IMG/VR virus record: IMGVR_UViG_3300027804_000001
Span: 64,001-128,000 of that record
DNA from: a virus
Taxonomy: Duplodnaviria > Caudoviricetes
DNA: 64,000 nt
Direction: 5' to 3' (one strand)
A program made the translations under genes and the position numbers. The number at the start of each line of letters is the position of its first letter. Position 1 is the first letter of the stretch. The notes below the pieces were generated by a model that saw nothing but the letters and a program-made list of their open reading frames with translations, was not told where the DNA came from and did no database searches. Positions 54,622 through 63,768 of the stretch are shown here, piece by piece.

Positions 54622-55014
54622 TTACGGGGTCCTAACGGACCCCTTCAGGTTAATTACTTCTTGTAAATTTGTTATTGGATATCTTACCATACTATGTTTA
54701 ACTTCGAAGTTCCTATTCTTTTCGAATCCGAATCTACTATAGAATCTTTTAAGTCTTCCTATGGATGTTCCACCAAAGGATGTGTCTGGTGTTAGGTATA
54801 ATGGTTTATTTACCTCATCTGCGTAGTTAGTAACCATATTCATAATCTCTGTACCCTTTCCTTCTCCTCTAAGTTCTTTGGGGATAACAATACTACTTAA
54901 TTCAAGTTTATTCTTATCTTCCCATACTTCGAGTGTTATTTCATCATCTATGGGGAATGTAACAAAACCTTCTATGAGTCTATTGTATTGTTCTTCGGTG
55001 AGTATAATCTTCAT
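54622..55014 (-). CDS. GNAT acetyltransferase with MKIILTEEQY leader
   Basis: IVIPKELRGEGKGTEIM (motif A), RFYSRFGF; TATAAATA at 55018-55025. Confidence 0.8.
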   Translation of the reverse strand: MKIILTEEQYNRLIEGFVTFPIDDEITLEVWEDKNKLELSSIVIPKELRGEGKGTEIMNMVTNYADEVNKPLYLTPDTSFGGTSIGRLKRFYSRFGFEKNRNFEVKHSMVRYPITNLQEVINLKGSVRTP

Positions 55015-55056
55015 ATCTATAAATACTTCCCCCGCAAATGGGTGTTTACTATTCCC

Positions 55057-55395
55057 TTATAGTGTAAAGGGACTTTTAAAACTCTCCACTTCAACTTCCA
55101 CCTCCGCACCTTCATGTCTATCTGATACAAAGTCAATAAGATCCCCAATGATTTGTTTATTCATACCAAAATCTCCTGACATTAGAAGATTATACTCCTC
55201 CACCAGTTCACCACCATCTAATGAGAAAGTCTTGGCTTGGTACTTTGCAATAGGTTTATTGTCATAGTAGACAACCAAATCCTTTACACTAAAATGTTCC
55301 TTTAACCTTTCCTGTTTGTTTTTTGTAATGGCGTTACTTACAGTACAACCTATCAGACCAATGAGAATAACTGAGAAAAATGTAATCTTCTTCAT
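55057..55395 (-). CDS. Lipoprotein
   Basis: Lipobox LIG-C after a hydrophobic stretch. Confidence 0.65.
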   Translation of the reverse strand: MKKITFFSVILIGLIGCTVSNAITKNKQERLKEHFSVKDLVVYYDNKPIAKYQAKTFSLDGGELVEEYNLLMSGDFGMNKQIIGDLIDFVSDRHEGAEVEVEVESFKSPFTL

Positions 55396-55477
55396 ATTGA
55401 AATGTTTTTACAAATATAAGGGTTTTTTCTTATAAATTGAAATATTCTTAAACCATTCTCCGGATTCTCCACCGGAT

Positions 55478-56209
55478 TTAATGGGACCAATAACCAACAT
55501 CTTGTTTAAACCACTCTATATTATCCCTGTGAATATAATTAAGAATGATTAGTTTTAACATACCAATATATCCCATCTTCTTGAACCTTCTATCATCCTG
55601 ACCATACTTCATTTTAGATATATGAAATCTCTTGGGGTTATATTGTTTGGATAGATGGTAGTCCTCTGAGTTATTAAGTGTCTCATCAAACATACCATAA
55701 GTCATAAACTTACTGGTCTTTGTCATAAAGTATCCACCCACAGCAAATGGGGTTTTAATAGATATGAATCTATTCATTAGATTGAATATTCTGAATCCAA
55801 TATTGGTTCTTATATCCTTTCCCACCGATTTTACACAACAAGTTAATAAATCCAATTTTTTGGAGTTCATTAGATTGGTGTTGTAAGTAAGATTATTGGA
55901 ATCTAATAGTGGACTATCTCCGTCCATAAATAAAATATACTTAGTCTTTACAAGTTTTGCTCCGTTGTTTCTTCCTGTTGCAACCCTCCCACCATCAATA
56001 AGTTCAATGTTAATAACATCCTTAAGGGTTTCTTTTAGAGTTTGAACAATGTTTCTAGTATTATCCGTGCTAAATCCATCACTTACAATAACCCTTAGAC
56101 CCTTTACATTATTCTGTCTAACTATGGACAGTATCGTCCTCTCAATGTACTTCTCCTCATTATAGGTGGGAATGACAATGGTTAGTTTATCCTTTAAATT
56201 TGTGAACAT
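55478..56209 (-). CDS. Glycosyltransferase family 2
   Basis: LTIVIPTYNEE, VSDGFSTDNT, GRNNGA, FMDGD, FDETL..SED; start at MFTNL is a best guess. Confidence 0.85.
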   Translation of the reverse strand: MFTNLKDKLTIVIPTYNEEKYIERTILSIVRQNNVKGLRVIVSDGFSTDNTRNIVQTLKETLKDVINIELIDGGRVATGRNNGAKLVKTKYILFMDGDSPLLDSNNLTYNTNLMNSKKLDLLTCCVKSVGKDIRTNIGFRIFNLMNRFISIKTPFAVGGYFMTKTSKFMTYGMFDETLNNSEDYHLSKQYNPKRFHISKMKYGQDDRRFKKMGYIGMLKLIILNYIHRDNIEWFKQDVGYWSH

Positions 56210-56879
56210 GGTACTTTCCGTTGTTGTAGATAATGTATGAATTATTTTCAATCCAATCCCCGCAGTTTAGATACCTAATATCATCAATCATTCTATCCTC
56301 AGGATGATGAATATGACCGGAGATTACAGTTGTACAATGATGTTTTCTGGCTTGTCTGGTAAGTTCCAATTCATATTGGGTGATGAACTTAACCGCCTCT
56401 TTTACTTTATTCTTTAAGAACTTAGATAAGGACCTTTTCATTCCGAGATTCTTTAGAAATCTATCAATGGATATAGCCAAATCATAACCAACACTACCAA
56501 GAACTCCTAACCATTTTAATTTAACCACCCCATCATATAAATCCCCATGGGTGATGAATGTGTTGTTCCAAATGTATTCGTTATGGATTTCCACATTACC
56601 AAAAGAAAACTCCCCATATTCCCTTAGAAACTGGTCATGGTTACCCGGTATATATATTACCTTTGTCCCATTCTTTGAATGAGATAATATCTTTCTTAAT
56701 ACATTTGTATGAGATTGTGGCCAACGGAACTTTCGCTTTAATAACCACCCGTCAATGATATCACCAACCAAAAAAAGATAACTGGGTTGATATTGTTTTA
56801 GAATCTCTAAAACCTGTTCAGCATTGGAACCCTTTGAACCCAGATGAACATCTGAGATGAATAATGCTTCTATCTTCAT
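56187..56879 (-). CDS. UDP-2,3-diacylglucosamine hydrolase-like metallophosphoesterase (LpxH family)
   Basis: FISDVHLG, VGDIIDGW, PGNHD, THGD, SGHIHHP, NCGDW. Confidence 0.8.
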   Translation of the reverse strand: MKIEALFISDVHLGSKGSNAEQVLEILKQYQPSYLFLVGDIIDGWLLKRKFRWPQSHTNVLRKILSHSKNGTKVIYIPGNHDQFLREYGEFSFGNVEIHNEYIWNNTFITHGDLYDGVVKLKWLGVLGSVGYDLAISIDRFLKNLGMKRSLSKFLKNKVKEAVKFITQYELELTRQARKHHCTTVISGHIHHPEDRMIDDIRYLNCGDWIENNSYIIYNNGKYHVHKFKG

Positions 56880-56947
56880 CCTGATAAATAGTCCTCCGGA
56901 ACCGGAACGGAGATTAATATATTATTATCCACTTCCGAGATTGTCAT

Positions 56948-57106
56948 TTATTTTGTTTTGAAATCGTTTTCCAATTGACTCATTCTCTTTTCAAGTTCAA
57001 CAACCCTCGAAACTGTGGTACTATTCTTAAGTTTGTCCTCCAAATCCCTGAGTCTTCTTTCAAGTTTCTCCACCCTCAGTATCAATTCCTCCTGTCTATC
57101 CCTCAT
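56948..57106 (-). CDS. Small coiled-coil protein (52 aa, not in ORF track)
   Basis: MRDRQEELILRVEKLERRLRDLEDKLK... Confidence 0.55.
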   Translation of the reverse strand: MRDRQEELILRVEKLERRLRDLEDKLKNSTTVSRVVELEKRMSQLENDFKTK

Positions 57107-57107
57107 A

Positions 57108-57392
57108 TCAATCCACCATATGGTATTTCGAATTTCTATAGTCCATTTTCTCTTGATAATCCTTCTTCCAATTATCTATAATCTCCTCGGCTTGTGACTT
57201 ATATTGAAACGGGTATGATCCTGACTTCCATACCTTAAATGGTAAGTAGAAGTAGTTTGTTCTATACCACACCCTTTTTTGTGGTAAGTAGTAGGTTGTT
57301 CCATTATATACCCACGATTCTATTCGGTACTTTGGTTTCCCCTCTGATGTCATCACTCCCAATAACATCAGCACTAACAATAGTTTTTTCAT
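57108..57392 (-). CDS. Secreted/membrane hypothetical protein
   Basis: Signal-peptide-like N-terminus. Confidence 0.65.
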   Translation of the reverse strand: MKKLLLVLMLLGVMTSEGKPKYRIESWVYNGTTYYLPQKRVWYRTNYFYLPFKVWKSGSYPFQYKSQAEEIIDNWKKDYQEKMDYRNSKYHMVD

Positions 57393-57463
57393 TATAGTTA
57401 AAATATAATAAAAATTTCTATTATTTCAAAATATACTTATCTTTGTATTTAAATTAAAAGACC

Positions 57464-57574
57464 ATGGCCAAAGTTAAAATCAAAACAATCTACAAACACA
57501 CCAGAGTTTCCAAGAAAGGAAAGATGTCCACCGTTAAGACCCACAAGAGAAACGTGGCCAGAAAGAAAGGGTAA
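57464..57574 (+). CDS. 36-aa highly basic protein (not in ORF track)
   Basis: MAKVKIKTIYKHTRVSKKGKMSTVKTHKRNVARKKG; TATCTTTG promoter box at 57438-57445. Confidence 0.6.
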   Translation: MAKVKIKTIYKHTRVSKKGKMSTVKTHKRNVARKKG

Positions 57575-57607
57575 TCGTTGATTTACCGTCCCACCGGAAC
57601 CGGGACA

Positions 57608-57799
57608 TTATTCTGTGATGTCTTCTATTTTATAAATTATGGTTCTTGATATTGGGAAATAAGCAACAACCTCACCTTTTCCATCGGGGTAATTTACAAA
57701 CTCATATAAACCAGCACTACTGATACTGATTGATTGAGCCCGAATAACATAACTTGAATTATTTGTTTCCGTAATAACTTTAATGTGATATGATTTCAT
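57608..57799 (-). CDS. Hypothetical protein
   Basis: 63 aa. Confidence 0.6.
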   Translation of the reverse strand: MKSYHIKVITETNNSSYVIRAQSISISSAGLYEFVNYPDGKGEVVAYFPISRTIIYKIEDITE

Positions 57800-57804
57800 A
57801 TTGT

Positions 57805-58404
57805 TTAATTTAAACTATTTGGATAATATAATAACGTCGGGTTCTTTTTTTGAATGTCGATGTTTGGATATGTTTTTTTAAACTCCTCCACATCAAATCT
57901 ACTGGTGATGATATGATAACCATCTTTGGTTGGAATCTTTAAATAAATCTTATTACCATCAGGACGACATTTATTAATGGTTTCATTAATATCTAAGACC
58001 ACATTTATATCTTTTGTGTCCACATCTACTATCCATCTCTTCTCATTTGTTTTTAGTTGACCAACAACCGAATCAAATAAATTCTTTTGAACATGTTGAT
58101 TGTCCTTAATTCTTTGTGCCAGTGACATCATCATTTCCAATGAAACATCTTTGTGATTTTGTTTCTGAACATGAATGTATGCTCTCGCTTTAAAAGTTTC
58201 ACACAGTAGTTTAATCTCCTCATATCTCTTCTCCAAATATTGAACACTATCAATGCAGTATGTCTTAATGGTTCTAACCGACTGATGATTATCTCTTTCA
58301 TCTTCTGGTTGATCCTTCTTACGTTTGAAAACATATAACATGTAAAAATCGTTCTCATCATCAAAGTTGAGTAACGGTTTTATAAGTTCAATATTGTCTA
58401 TCAT
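57805..58404 (-). CDS. Conserved phage protein with AEP primase/polymerase-like motifs
   Basis: WIVDVD (DxD) and PTKDGYHII (GxH). Confidence 0.5.
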   Translation of the reverse strand: MIDNIELIKPLLNFDDENDFYMLYVFKRKKDQPEDERDNHQSVRTIKTYCIDSVQYLEKRYEEIKLLCETFKARAYIHVQKQNHKDVSLEMMMSLAQRIKDNQHVQKNLFDSVVGQLKTNEKRWIVDVDTKDINVVLDINETINKCRPDGNKIYLKIPTKDGYHIITSRFDVEEFKKTYPNIDIQKKNPTLLYYPNSLN

Positions 58405-58430
58405 ATTACTTCAGTATTTTAATTTGAAGA

Positions 58431-58646
58431 TTAATAAGGCATCGTAAACTTAACCAAATTTTCTGTTTTCATTTCAACCTTCGTTGTGGTTGGTTCAATA
58501 GGTTCACAATTATTACAATGATAAACTATTTCGAAATGATTTGGTGAATGACATTCACATTTAATCACATAACGATAATAAGTCCTATTGATTGGACCTT
58601 CTTTTTTGCATTGAGGACAAGTGCCCCATTCCATTTCTCCTGACAT
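58431..58646 (-). CDS. Zinc-finger protein
   Basis: CPQC...CECH..H...HCNNC. The track start at 58691 lies inside the tRNA, so the start was moved to MSGEM. Confidence 0.65.
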   Translation of the reverse strand: MSGEMEWGTCPQCKKEGPINRTYYRYVIKCECHSPNHFEIVYHCNNCEPIEPTTTKVEMKTENLVKFTMPY

Positions 58647-58666
58647 AATTTTAATTAATTTGTGTG

Positions 58667-58739
58667 TGGTCAGAATGGGACTCGAACCCATAACCTTGAC
58701 TGTATAAGAGTCCTGCGCTCACCATTGCGCCACCTGACC
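58667..58739 (-). tRNA. tRNA-Ile (anticodon UAU), CCA not encoded
   Basis: GGTCAGG TG GCGC AATGGTGA GCGC A GGACT CTTATAC AGTCA AGGTT ATGGG TTCGAGT CCCAT TCTGACC A: full cloverleaf with TAT at 34-36, A73 and C4-G69. Confidence 0.9.
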
Positions 58740-58778
58740 TTATACATAAAATAAGAAAAAAATTTTGAAATAAAAAAT

Positions 58779-58967
58779 CTAATTGAATTGTTGTGATAAC
58801 TCTATGTGTTGTTCGACTCTTTCTAATGTTACTTCACTCTCTGACAACACTCTAAAGGGTGTACCATTAAACGATTCCGATGTTACAACATAATGAAGAA
58901 TATCTCCTTCAGAATCTAAAACTTCTTTGATTTGAACTGTGTGAACACCTAATACTTTTTCTGTCAT
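58779..58967 (-). CDS. Hypothetical protein
   Basis: 62 aa; TATAAATA at 58971-58978. Confidence 0.6.
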   Translation of the reverse strand: MTEKVLGVHTVQIKEVLDSEGDILHYVVTSESFNGTPFRVLSESEVTLERVEQHIELSQQFN

Positions 58968-58969
58968 GA

Positions 58970-59710
58970 TTATAAATATTTAATATATTGTTTTATATGA
59001 TTATAAAATTTATCAGCAACAACAACATGACCCGACTCCCCAAAGTGATGGTCATTCACTAGATTTTTTGTTTCTTCGAATATTCTTTGACCACCGTTAT
59101 TGTGTACGTAATCAAATATTGTCCCGTCAGACTCCTTCAACAAATATCTTTCTGAATATGTTAATTTATCCTTGTTTAAACATATCTCTGTGTTCCCTAG
59201 AGTCATATAATATGGTAAAAAAATTCTACCATCACATTCCCAATAGAAAACATTGAAACCTATTATTTTTGAAAAATAATCAATTAAATCTACCCACTCA
59301 TAAATGTGTTTTATGTAAAGATAGTTCGACGGGTTATGTGACCTATGTATTAATATTTCATTGTGTGTTTTTTCAGATATATCCATTTTTTCTGAATACA
59401 TATGTTGGTAATGGTCCCAATCATTTTTTATTCTATCTATCCACATAAATCTTTCAATGAATGTCCATCCAATTATTACAATATCACCCTTCTTAATTTC
59501 TTTTAGATGTTTCACTAATTGCATCATTATACTATCATTACCACAACCAGGGATTGAGTGGTTTTCCAACCCAAAATTTAATTTTTGTGATAATATTTCA
59601 GACCATGTTAATGGAAATGTTCCATTTCTATAATCCCTATATTCCCTATAAGTAAAAGTTTGATTATGGTATAATGCAGAATTACTACAACCAAAAACGA
59701 ATAGTCTCAT
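58970..59710 (-). CDS. SGNH/GDSL-hydrolase-like protein
   Basis: FGCSNS, PGCGND, DHHFGESGH. Confidence 0.65.
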   Translation of the reverse strand: MRLFVFGCSNSALYHNQTFTYREYRDYRNGTFPLTWSEILSQKLNFGLENHSIPGCGNDSIMMQLVKHLKEIKKGDIVIIGWTFIERFMWIDRIKNDWDHYQHMYSEKMDISEKTHNEILIHRSHNPSNYLYIKHIYEWVDLIDYFSKIIGFNVFYWECDGRIFLPYYMTLGNTEICLNKDKLTYSERYLLKESDGTIFDYVHNNGGQRIFEETKNLVNDHHFGESGHVVVADKFYNHIKQYIKYL

Positions 59711-59711
59711 A

Positions 59712-60377
59712 TTAATAAAATTTTCTCAATACTTGAATCACATCCCACGCATCTTCTAAAGCGTTGTGAGTAACAATCCCTTCAACATTAGTTCGTTCCT
59801 TACAAGTTGTTAGTGATGGAAGTGACGTATCGTTCTTCCAATCGACACAAAGAATTGCCGGATCTAATACTCTTTGCCTTGTTCTAATTAATTTTTGCCA
59901 CCAAGGAAGTTGTTGTAGGAATAATTTGTCGAATGTACCAAAGTTTTTACCTGCAACATTTATTGTTATTGGTTTAGTTGCACTATTAATAATAGGTCTT
60001 AGATAACCATCTTTAATTTGAACATATCCACCACTATTATTTCCTTGAAAATTACCATTCTCTTCTAAGAAATAATAAAACTCTTTTACTACCTCATCCT
60101 CTTTAAAGTATTCATACATTGTTACTTTCTTACAATCCTCTTTAACCTCATCATTACCCTCAAGGTATCTACCCATATAACTAATGATTTGAGAATTCAT
60201 TTCGATTGCTCTTGGCGAACCAACAATTTCATTTTGAAGAACGATAGCATTAAACTTTGGACATTCTTCAAATGATAATTTCTTTTCAGTATCTTCGATG
60301 ATTGCACCGATAGATAATACTTTGTGTTTCTCGTGGTCAAGACCAGATGTTTCGATATCTATTGAAACGTAAATCAT
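59712..60377 (-). CDS. DEDDh 3'-5' exonuclease
   Basis: SIDIETSG (ExoI), GKNFGTFD (ExoII), HNALEDA (ExoIII). Confidence 0.85.
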   Translation of the reverse strand: MIYVSIDIETSGLDHEKHKVLSIGAIIEDTEKKLSFEECPKFNAIVLQNEIVGSPRAIEMNSQIISYMGRYLEGNDEVKEDCKKVTMYEYFKEDEVVKEFYYFLEENGNFQGNNSGGYVQIKDGYLRPIINSATKPITINVAGKNFGTFDKLFLQQLPWWQKLIRTRQRVLDPAILCVDWKNDTSLPSLTTCKERTNVEGIVTHNALEDAWDVIQVLRKFY

Positions 60378-60388
60378 GTTGTTATTGT

Positions 60389-60694
60389 TTAGTATTTACT
60401 TCTACCTCGTCCTAACTTTTCTAAATCAGAATAGGAACCACCTTCGGATTTTCTGGTTGGTGGATTGTAGTATTTCTTTAACCATTCCCAAGGTGTTAAG
60501 GCATCTGTAAAAGGACCACCAAACACAGGGTATTCATCTTTTTGATATTCTTCTTCAATCTCTTCCCATGTTTCAGTTTCTAAGATAGACATTATCTCTC
60601 TTGTCAATGTACCAGCAGTTTTAGTACCATCATTAGTCCATTTGATAATTGCAGTTTCAATGTCTCGATACAATTTTACTTGATGTTCTTTCAT
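60389..60694 (-). CDS. Hypothetical protein
   Basis: 101 aa. Confidence 0.6.
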   Translation of the reverse strand: MKEHQVKLYRDIETAIIKWTNDGTKTAGTLTREIMSILETETWEEIEEEYQKDEYPVFGGPFTDALTPWEWLKKYYNPPTRKSEGGSYSDLEKLGRGRSKY

Positions 60695-60705
60695 AAGAAT
60701 TAGAT

Positions 60706-60918
60706 TTATTTAATGTGTCTGTTGGTCCACAACTCTTTATCTGTTACTAACATTTTAAATAACCATTTAAAAGCAACAAATTGTTCTTGAAATCCACCCA
60801 CAGTGTTTGGGTTTTCAATTCTAAATTGTTCCCAAAGTTCTTGGAATTCTTTGTTCTCTTTATCTTTTTCTAAAACTTCGGCTTGTCTGATGAGTTCGTT
60901 GTACTGTGATGGTGTCAT
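60706..60918 (-). CDS. Hypothetical protein
   Basis: 70 aa. Confidence 0.6.
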   Translation of the reverse strand: MTPSQYNELIRQAEVLEKDKENKEFQELWEQFRIENPNTVGGFQEQFVAFKWLFKMLVTDKELWTNRHIK

Positions 60919-60919
60919 A

Positions 60920-61348
60920 TTATTTAATTAAAGTTATTTCAACGTTTTTTAATTTAACAGGTTTGTGGTCTTCATCTACTAAAATATCAATTGTCTTTTT
61001 ATATCTCTTATTCATAAGATCCTTAATGGTGTAGACACCATTATATCTTCCCGCCTTTCTTATTCTAACTTTCTTATTAAATCCCCAACCATTTCTTTTT
61101 AAGTCTCTTGATACGGCAATAATCCTATGTTTAGATGGATTGTCAATATCAATTTTGAAACCGGATGCAGTTAAATCGGGTGTGGAATCTGTTTCTGAAT
61201 TGGTGGGAGAATATATTGTCATTGTTACCTTCTCTTTCCAAACATTTTTAATTTCCTTTGTTATGATGTTATCTGTTATACCAAAAGAAATAAAATTACC
61301 TACCGTTTGGGGTATTAGAAATAAGAATATGACTATTATTAGTCTCAT
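60920..61348 (-). CDS. 3D-domain (MltA-like) protein with signal anchor
   Basis: TMTIYSP...TDSTPDLTASG...IIAVSRD...IKD.M......IDI. Confidence 0.75.
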   Translation of the reverse strand: MRLIIVIFLFLIPQTVGNFISFGITDNIITKEIKNVWKEKVTMTIYSPTNSETDSTPDLTASGFKIDIDNPSKHRIIAVSRDLKRNGWGFNKKVRIRKAGRYNGVYTIKDLMNKRYKKTIDILVDEDHKPVKLKNVEITLIK

Positions 61349-61542
61349 ACCGTAAAGGTAAAGATAATTTTTGATATCACAAAAAAATTAAAGAAATATT
61401 ATTAAAATAATATAATAAAAATATTATTTTATTTCATCGTTACCTTCGTTTACCCACTTGTCTAAAAGGTAACATCCGACAAAGTAACCAATTAACATAC
61501 CTAATACTATGATTGCAATTAACATATAATGATAAATATGTT

Positions 61543-62187
61543 TTATAATAGATTAATTTCTTTTTTTAATATCTTATTTAAAAAGATGTTTGATAATTCC
61601 TTTTGTCCTATTTCACTATGATGAGTATCCTCAATTTTGTTTTTAGTTTCTTTTGAAATGGTTGTTATATTTTTAATAATGGTAGCATTAATCTTTGTTT
61701 TTTGATGTGCCGACCAATGAATCACCGTACAATTCTTATATGCTAAATCAATTAATTTAATCCAAGAATTAACTTCATTGGTGTATTTGTCTTCGAAATC
61801 ATGTCTATTAACAGCAAAAATATCTAACATATCCATGTTAAATTCTTCGAATTTGTTTAATCTTAAAAATGGTAATATTGGTATCCATTCACCATTTTGT
61901 TTAACCATTCTAAATCTATTGATGTGTGACCAACCAATTATAATTAAATCACCATCAGTTACTTTATCTGTTATATTACAAACATTCTCCATTATAGAAT
62001 AGTTATCTAATCCACCTTTGGCATTGATTACGCAATTCATTCCTAAAGTCTCTGCTATTATATTGGAGAACATTTTAGGTTCATAGCCTTTATAATTTAT
62101 ATAATCGTCACATACCTTATATGGTTTATCACCATATGGGGTTGAAAAACTATCACCGAATGACCATAATGTATTTTTTTCACTCAT
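61543..62187 (-). CDS. SGNH/GDSL-hydrolase-like protein
   Basis: SFGDSFS, GGLDN, DTHHSEIGQ. Confidence 0.65.
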   Translation of the reverse strand: MSEKNTLWSFGDSFSTPYGDKPYKVCDDYINYKGYEPKMFSNIIAETLGMNCVINAKGGLDNYSIMENVCNITDKVTDGDLIIIGWSHINRFRMVKQNGEWIPILPFLRLNKFEEFNMDMLDIFAVNRHDFEDKYTNEVNSWIKLIDLAYKNCTVIHWSAHQKTKINATIIKNITTISKETKNKIEDTHHSEIGQKELSNIFLNKILKKEINLL

Positions 62188-62384
62188 CTTCTTCTTAAAA
62201 ATATAAAAACTGGTGAGTTATCACTTTTACCAACTCTTACTTTCTTTCTATGTTTATTTGGTTGATACTTATTTTGTGAAAGATTATGATGTCTCATACC
62301 TGAACCAACAATATATAATTCAGGATTACATGATGTGGTCATAATTGATAATAGAATTATAACCAATGATATTTTATATTTCAT
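62184..62384 (-). CDS. Small lipoprotein
   Basis: MTTS-C lipobox. Confidence 0.55.
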   Translation of the reverse strand: MKYKISLVIILLSIMTTSCNPELYIVGSGMRHHNLSQNKYQPNKHRKKVRVGKSDNSPVFIFLRRR

Positions 62385-62442
62385 ATCACAAAATTACTAC
62401 TTATTATTTAGAATATAACAAATTTTCATTAAATTATAAATT

Positions 62443-63456
62443 ATGAAAGGATTAGTTTTTGCAGGATGTTCCTATACTTGGGGACAAGGATTATATTTTT
62501 ATTCAGATTTAAATCATATACCAAGTTTTGATAATTGGGTATATGATTACTCAGTAATGACGGACGCATTAATAAGGTACAAAGATACTACACGGTTTTC
62601 AAGACTGGTTGCAAATCATTATAATACATTTGAGGTGTGTAAATTCACAAACGGTGGGAGTGATTTAACAAGTTTAGATTTTCTAAGAAAAATATTTGAT
62701 AAATACGAAGAACCGGTTAATGACGGAGGTCATCTTAGAATGTGTGATTGGTTATCGAGAGAAAATTATTATTTTGATGATATTGAATATATTATATTTC
62801 AAACAACGCAACCCTATAGATCATGTTATCCTTTTACATATAATAATGAACAATATTTTATCTATCCTAAACCAGAATTAGAAGGAATACAAAGTGTAAC
62901 AAAAATATTTGATGATGGTGTTGAGAATCCTGTAGAAAACGGATTAGATGATATTTTTTATAATTGGTTGGAAGAAAATAATTACACTGTGGATGATTAT
63001 TTAAATTTACATTTAAAATATTGGGTTAATGAGATTAAATCTCGTTTATTACATTATGAAAGTAAAGGTATTAAAATAAAAATATTGTGTTGGACTAATG
63101 AGTATAGTGATGAAATGGAAAAACATGAATTTTTTAAAGATAAAATTATAGAACTTATACACAACGGGGTTAGATACAAGTGTATATCGGATTTACAAAG
63201 GTCATCTACAAACCTTACCATATCGAGTGATGTTGATGGGTTCAATGGAAATAAACCAAAAGAATCATTAGCTGATTTTCACCCATCTAAATTATGTCAT
63301 GAAATAATTTCCAAAAACATAATAAGGGAAATAGAAAAAGATATGGGAAAATACAATGAAGATAAATCGGAAGAGCTGATAATCGATTACCAACCACCTA
63401 AATTATGTGACGAAATAATTACTGAAAATGTGATAAAGAAAAAACCCTTAATATGA
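62443..63456 (+). CDS. SGNH/GDSL-hydrolase-like protein, paralog of 29136..29957
   Basis: FAGCSYTWG, RFSRLVA, YIIFQTTQPYR, DFHPSKLCH. Confidence 0.65.
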   Translation: MKGLVFAGCSYTWGQGLYFYSDLNHIPSFDNWVYDYSVMTDALIRYKDTTRFSRLVANHYNTFEVCKFTNGGSDLTSLDFLRKIFDKYEEPVNDGGHLRMCDWLSRENYYFDDIEYIIFQTTQPYRSCYPFTYNNEQYFIYPKPELEGIQSVTKIFDDGVENPVENGLDDIFYNWLEENNYTVDDYLNLHLKYWVNEIKSRLLHYESKGIKIKILCWTNEYSDEMEKHEFFKDKIIELIHNGVRYKCISDLQRSSTNLTISSDVDGFNGNKPKESLADFHPSKLCHEIISKNIIREIEKDMGKYNEDKSEELIIDYQPPKLCDEIITENVIKKKPLI

Positions 63457-63474
63457 TTAAGGGTTTTTCATATC

Positions 63475-63768
63475 TTACTGTTTTGGTTTTCTTCCTTTTC
63501 TAGAACCTGTTTTAGTAGTTGCCGCCTTTGCTACATCTTTAGTTTGTTTAACTACTTCTTTAGCCGCCCTTGCAACGTCTTTAACTTCTTCTTTTACTTT
63601 TTTGGCTCTTTGTTTCACTTCGACTACAACTTCTTTAGCCACCTCGATTTTTTCTTCTATTTTATCAGGTACACCATTCTTGTCTTCATCTTTGAAAACA
63701 CCAAAAAATTTAGTAGCAACAAACACACCGATTATTGCAACACCTAAGATTAATAAAACTGTTAACAT
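63475..63768 (-). CDS. Membrane-anchored Lys/Ala/Val-rich protein
   Basis: N-terminal TM, DEDKNGVPD, KEVK repeats; TATAAATA at 63783-63790. Confidence 0.7.
   Translation of the reverse strand: MLTVLLILGVAIIGVFVATKFFGVFKDEDKNGVPDKIEEKIEVAKEVVVEVKQRAKKVKEEVKDVARAAKEVVKQTKDVAKAATTKTGSRKGRKPKQ

Noticed and set aside
58646-58691. N-terminal extension MGSSPILTTHKLIKI of ORF 58431..58691
   Set aside because: It is the T-arm and acceptor sequence of the tRNA.
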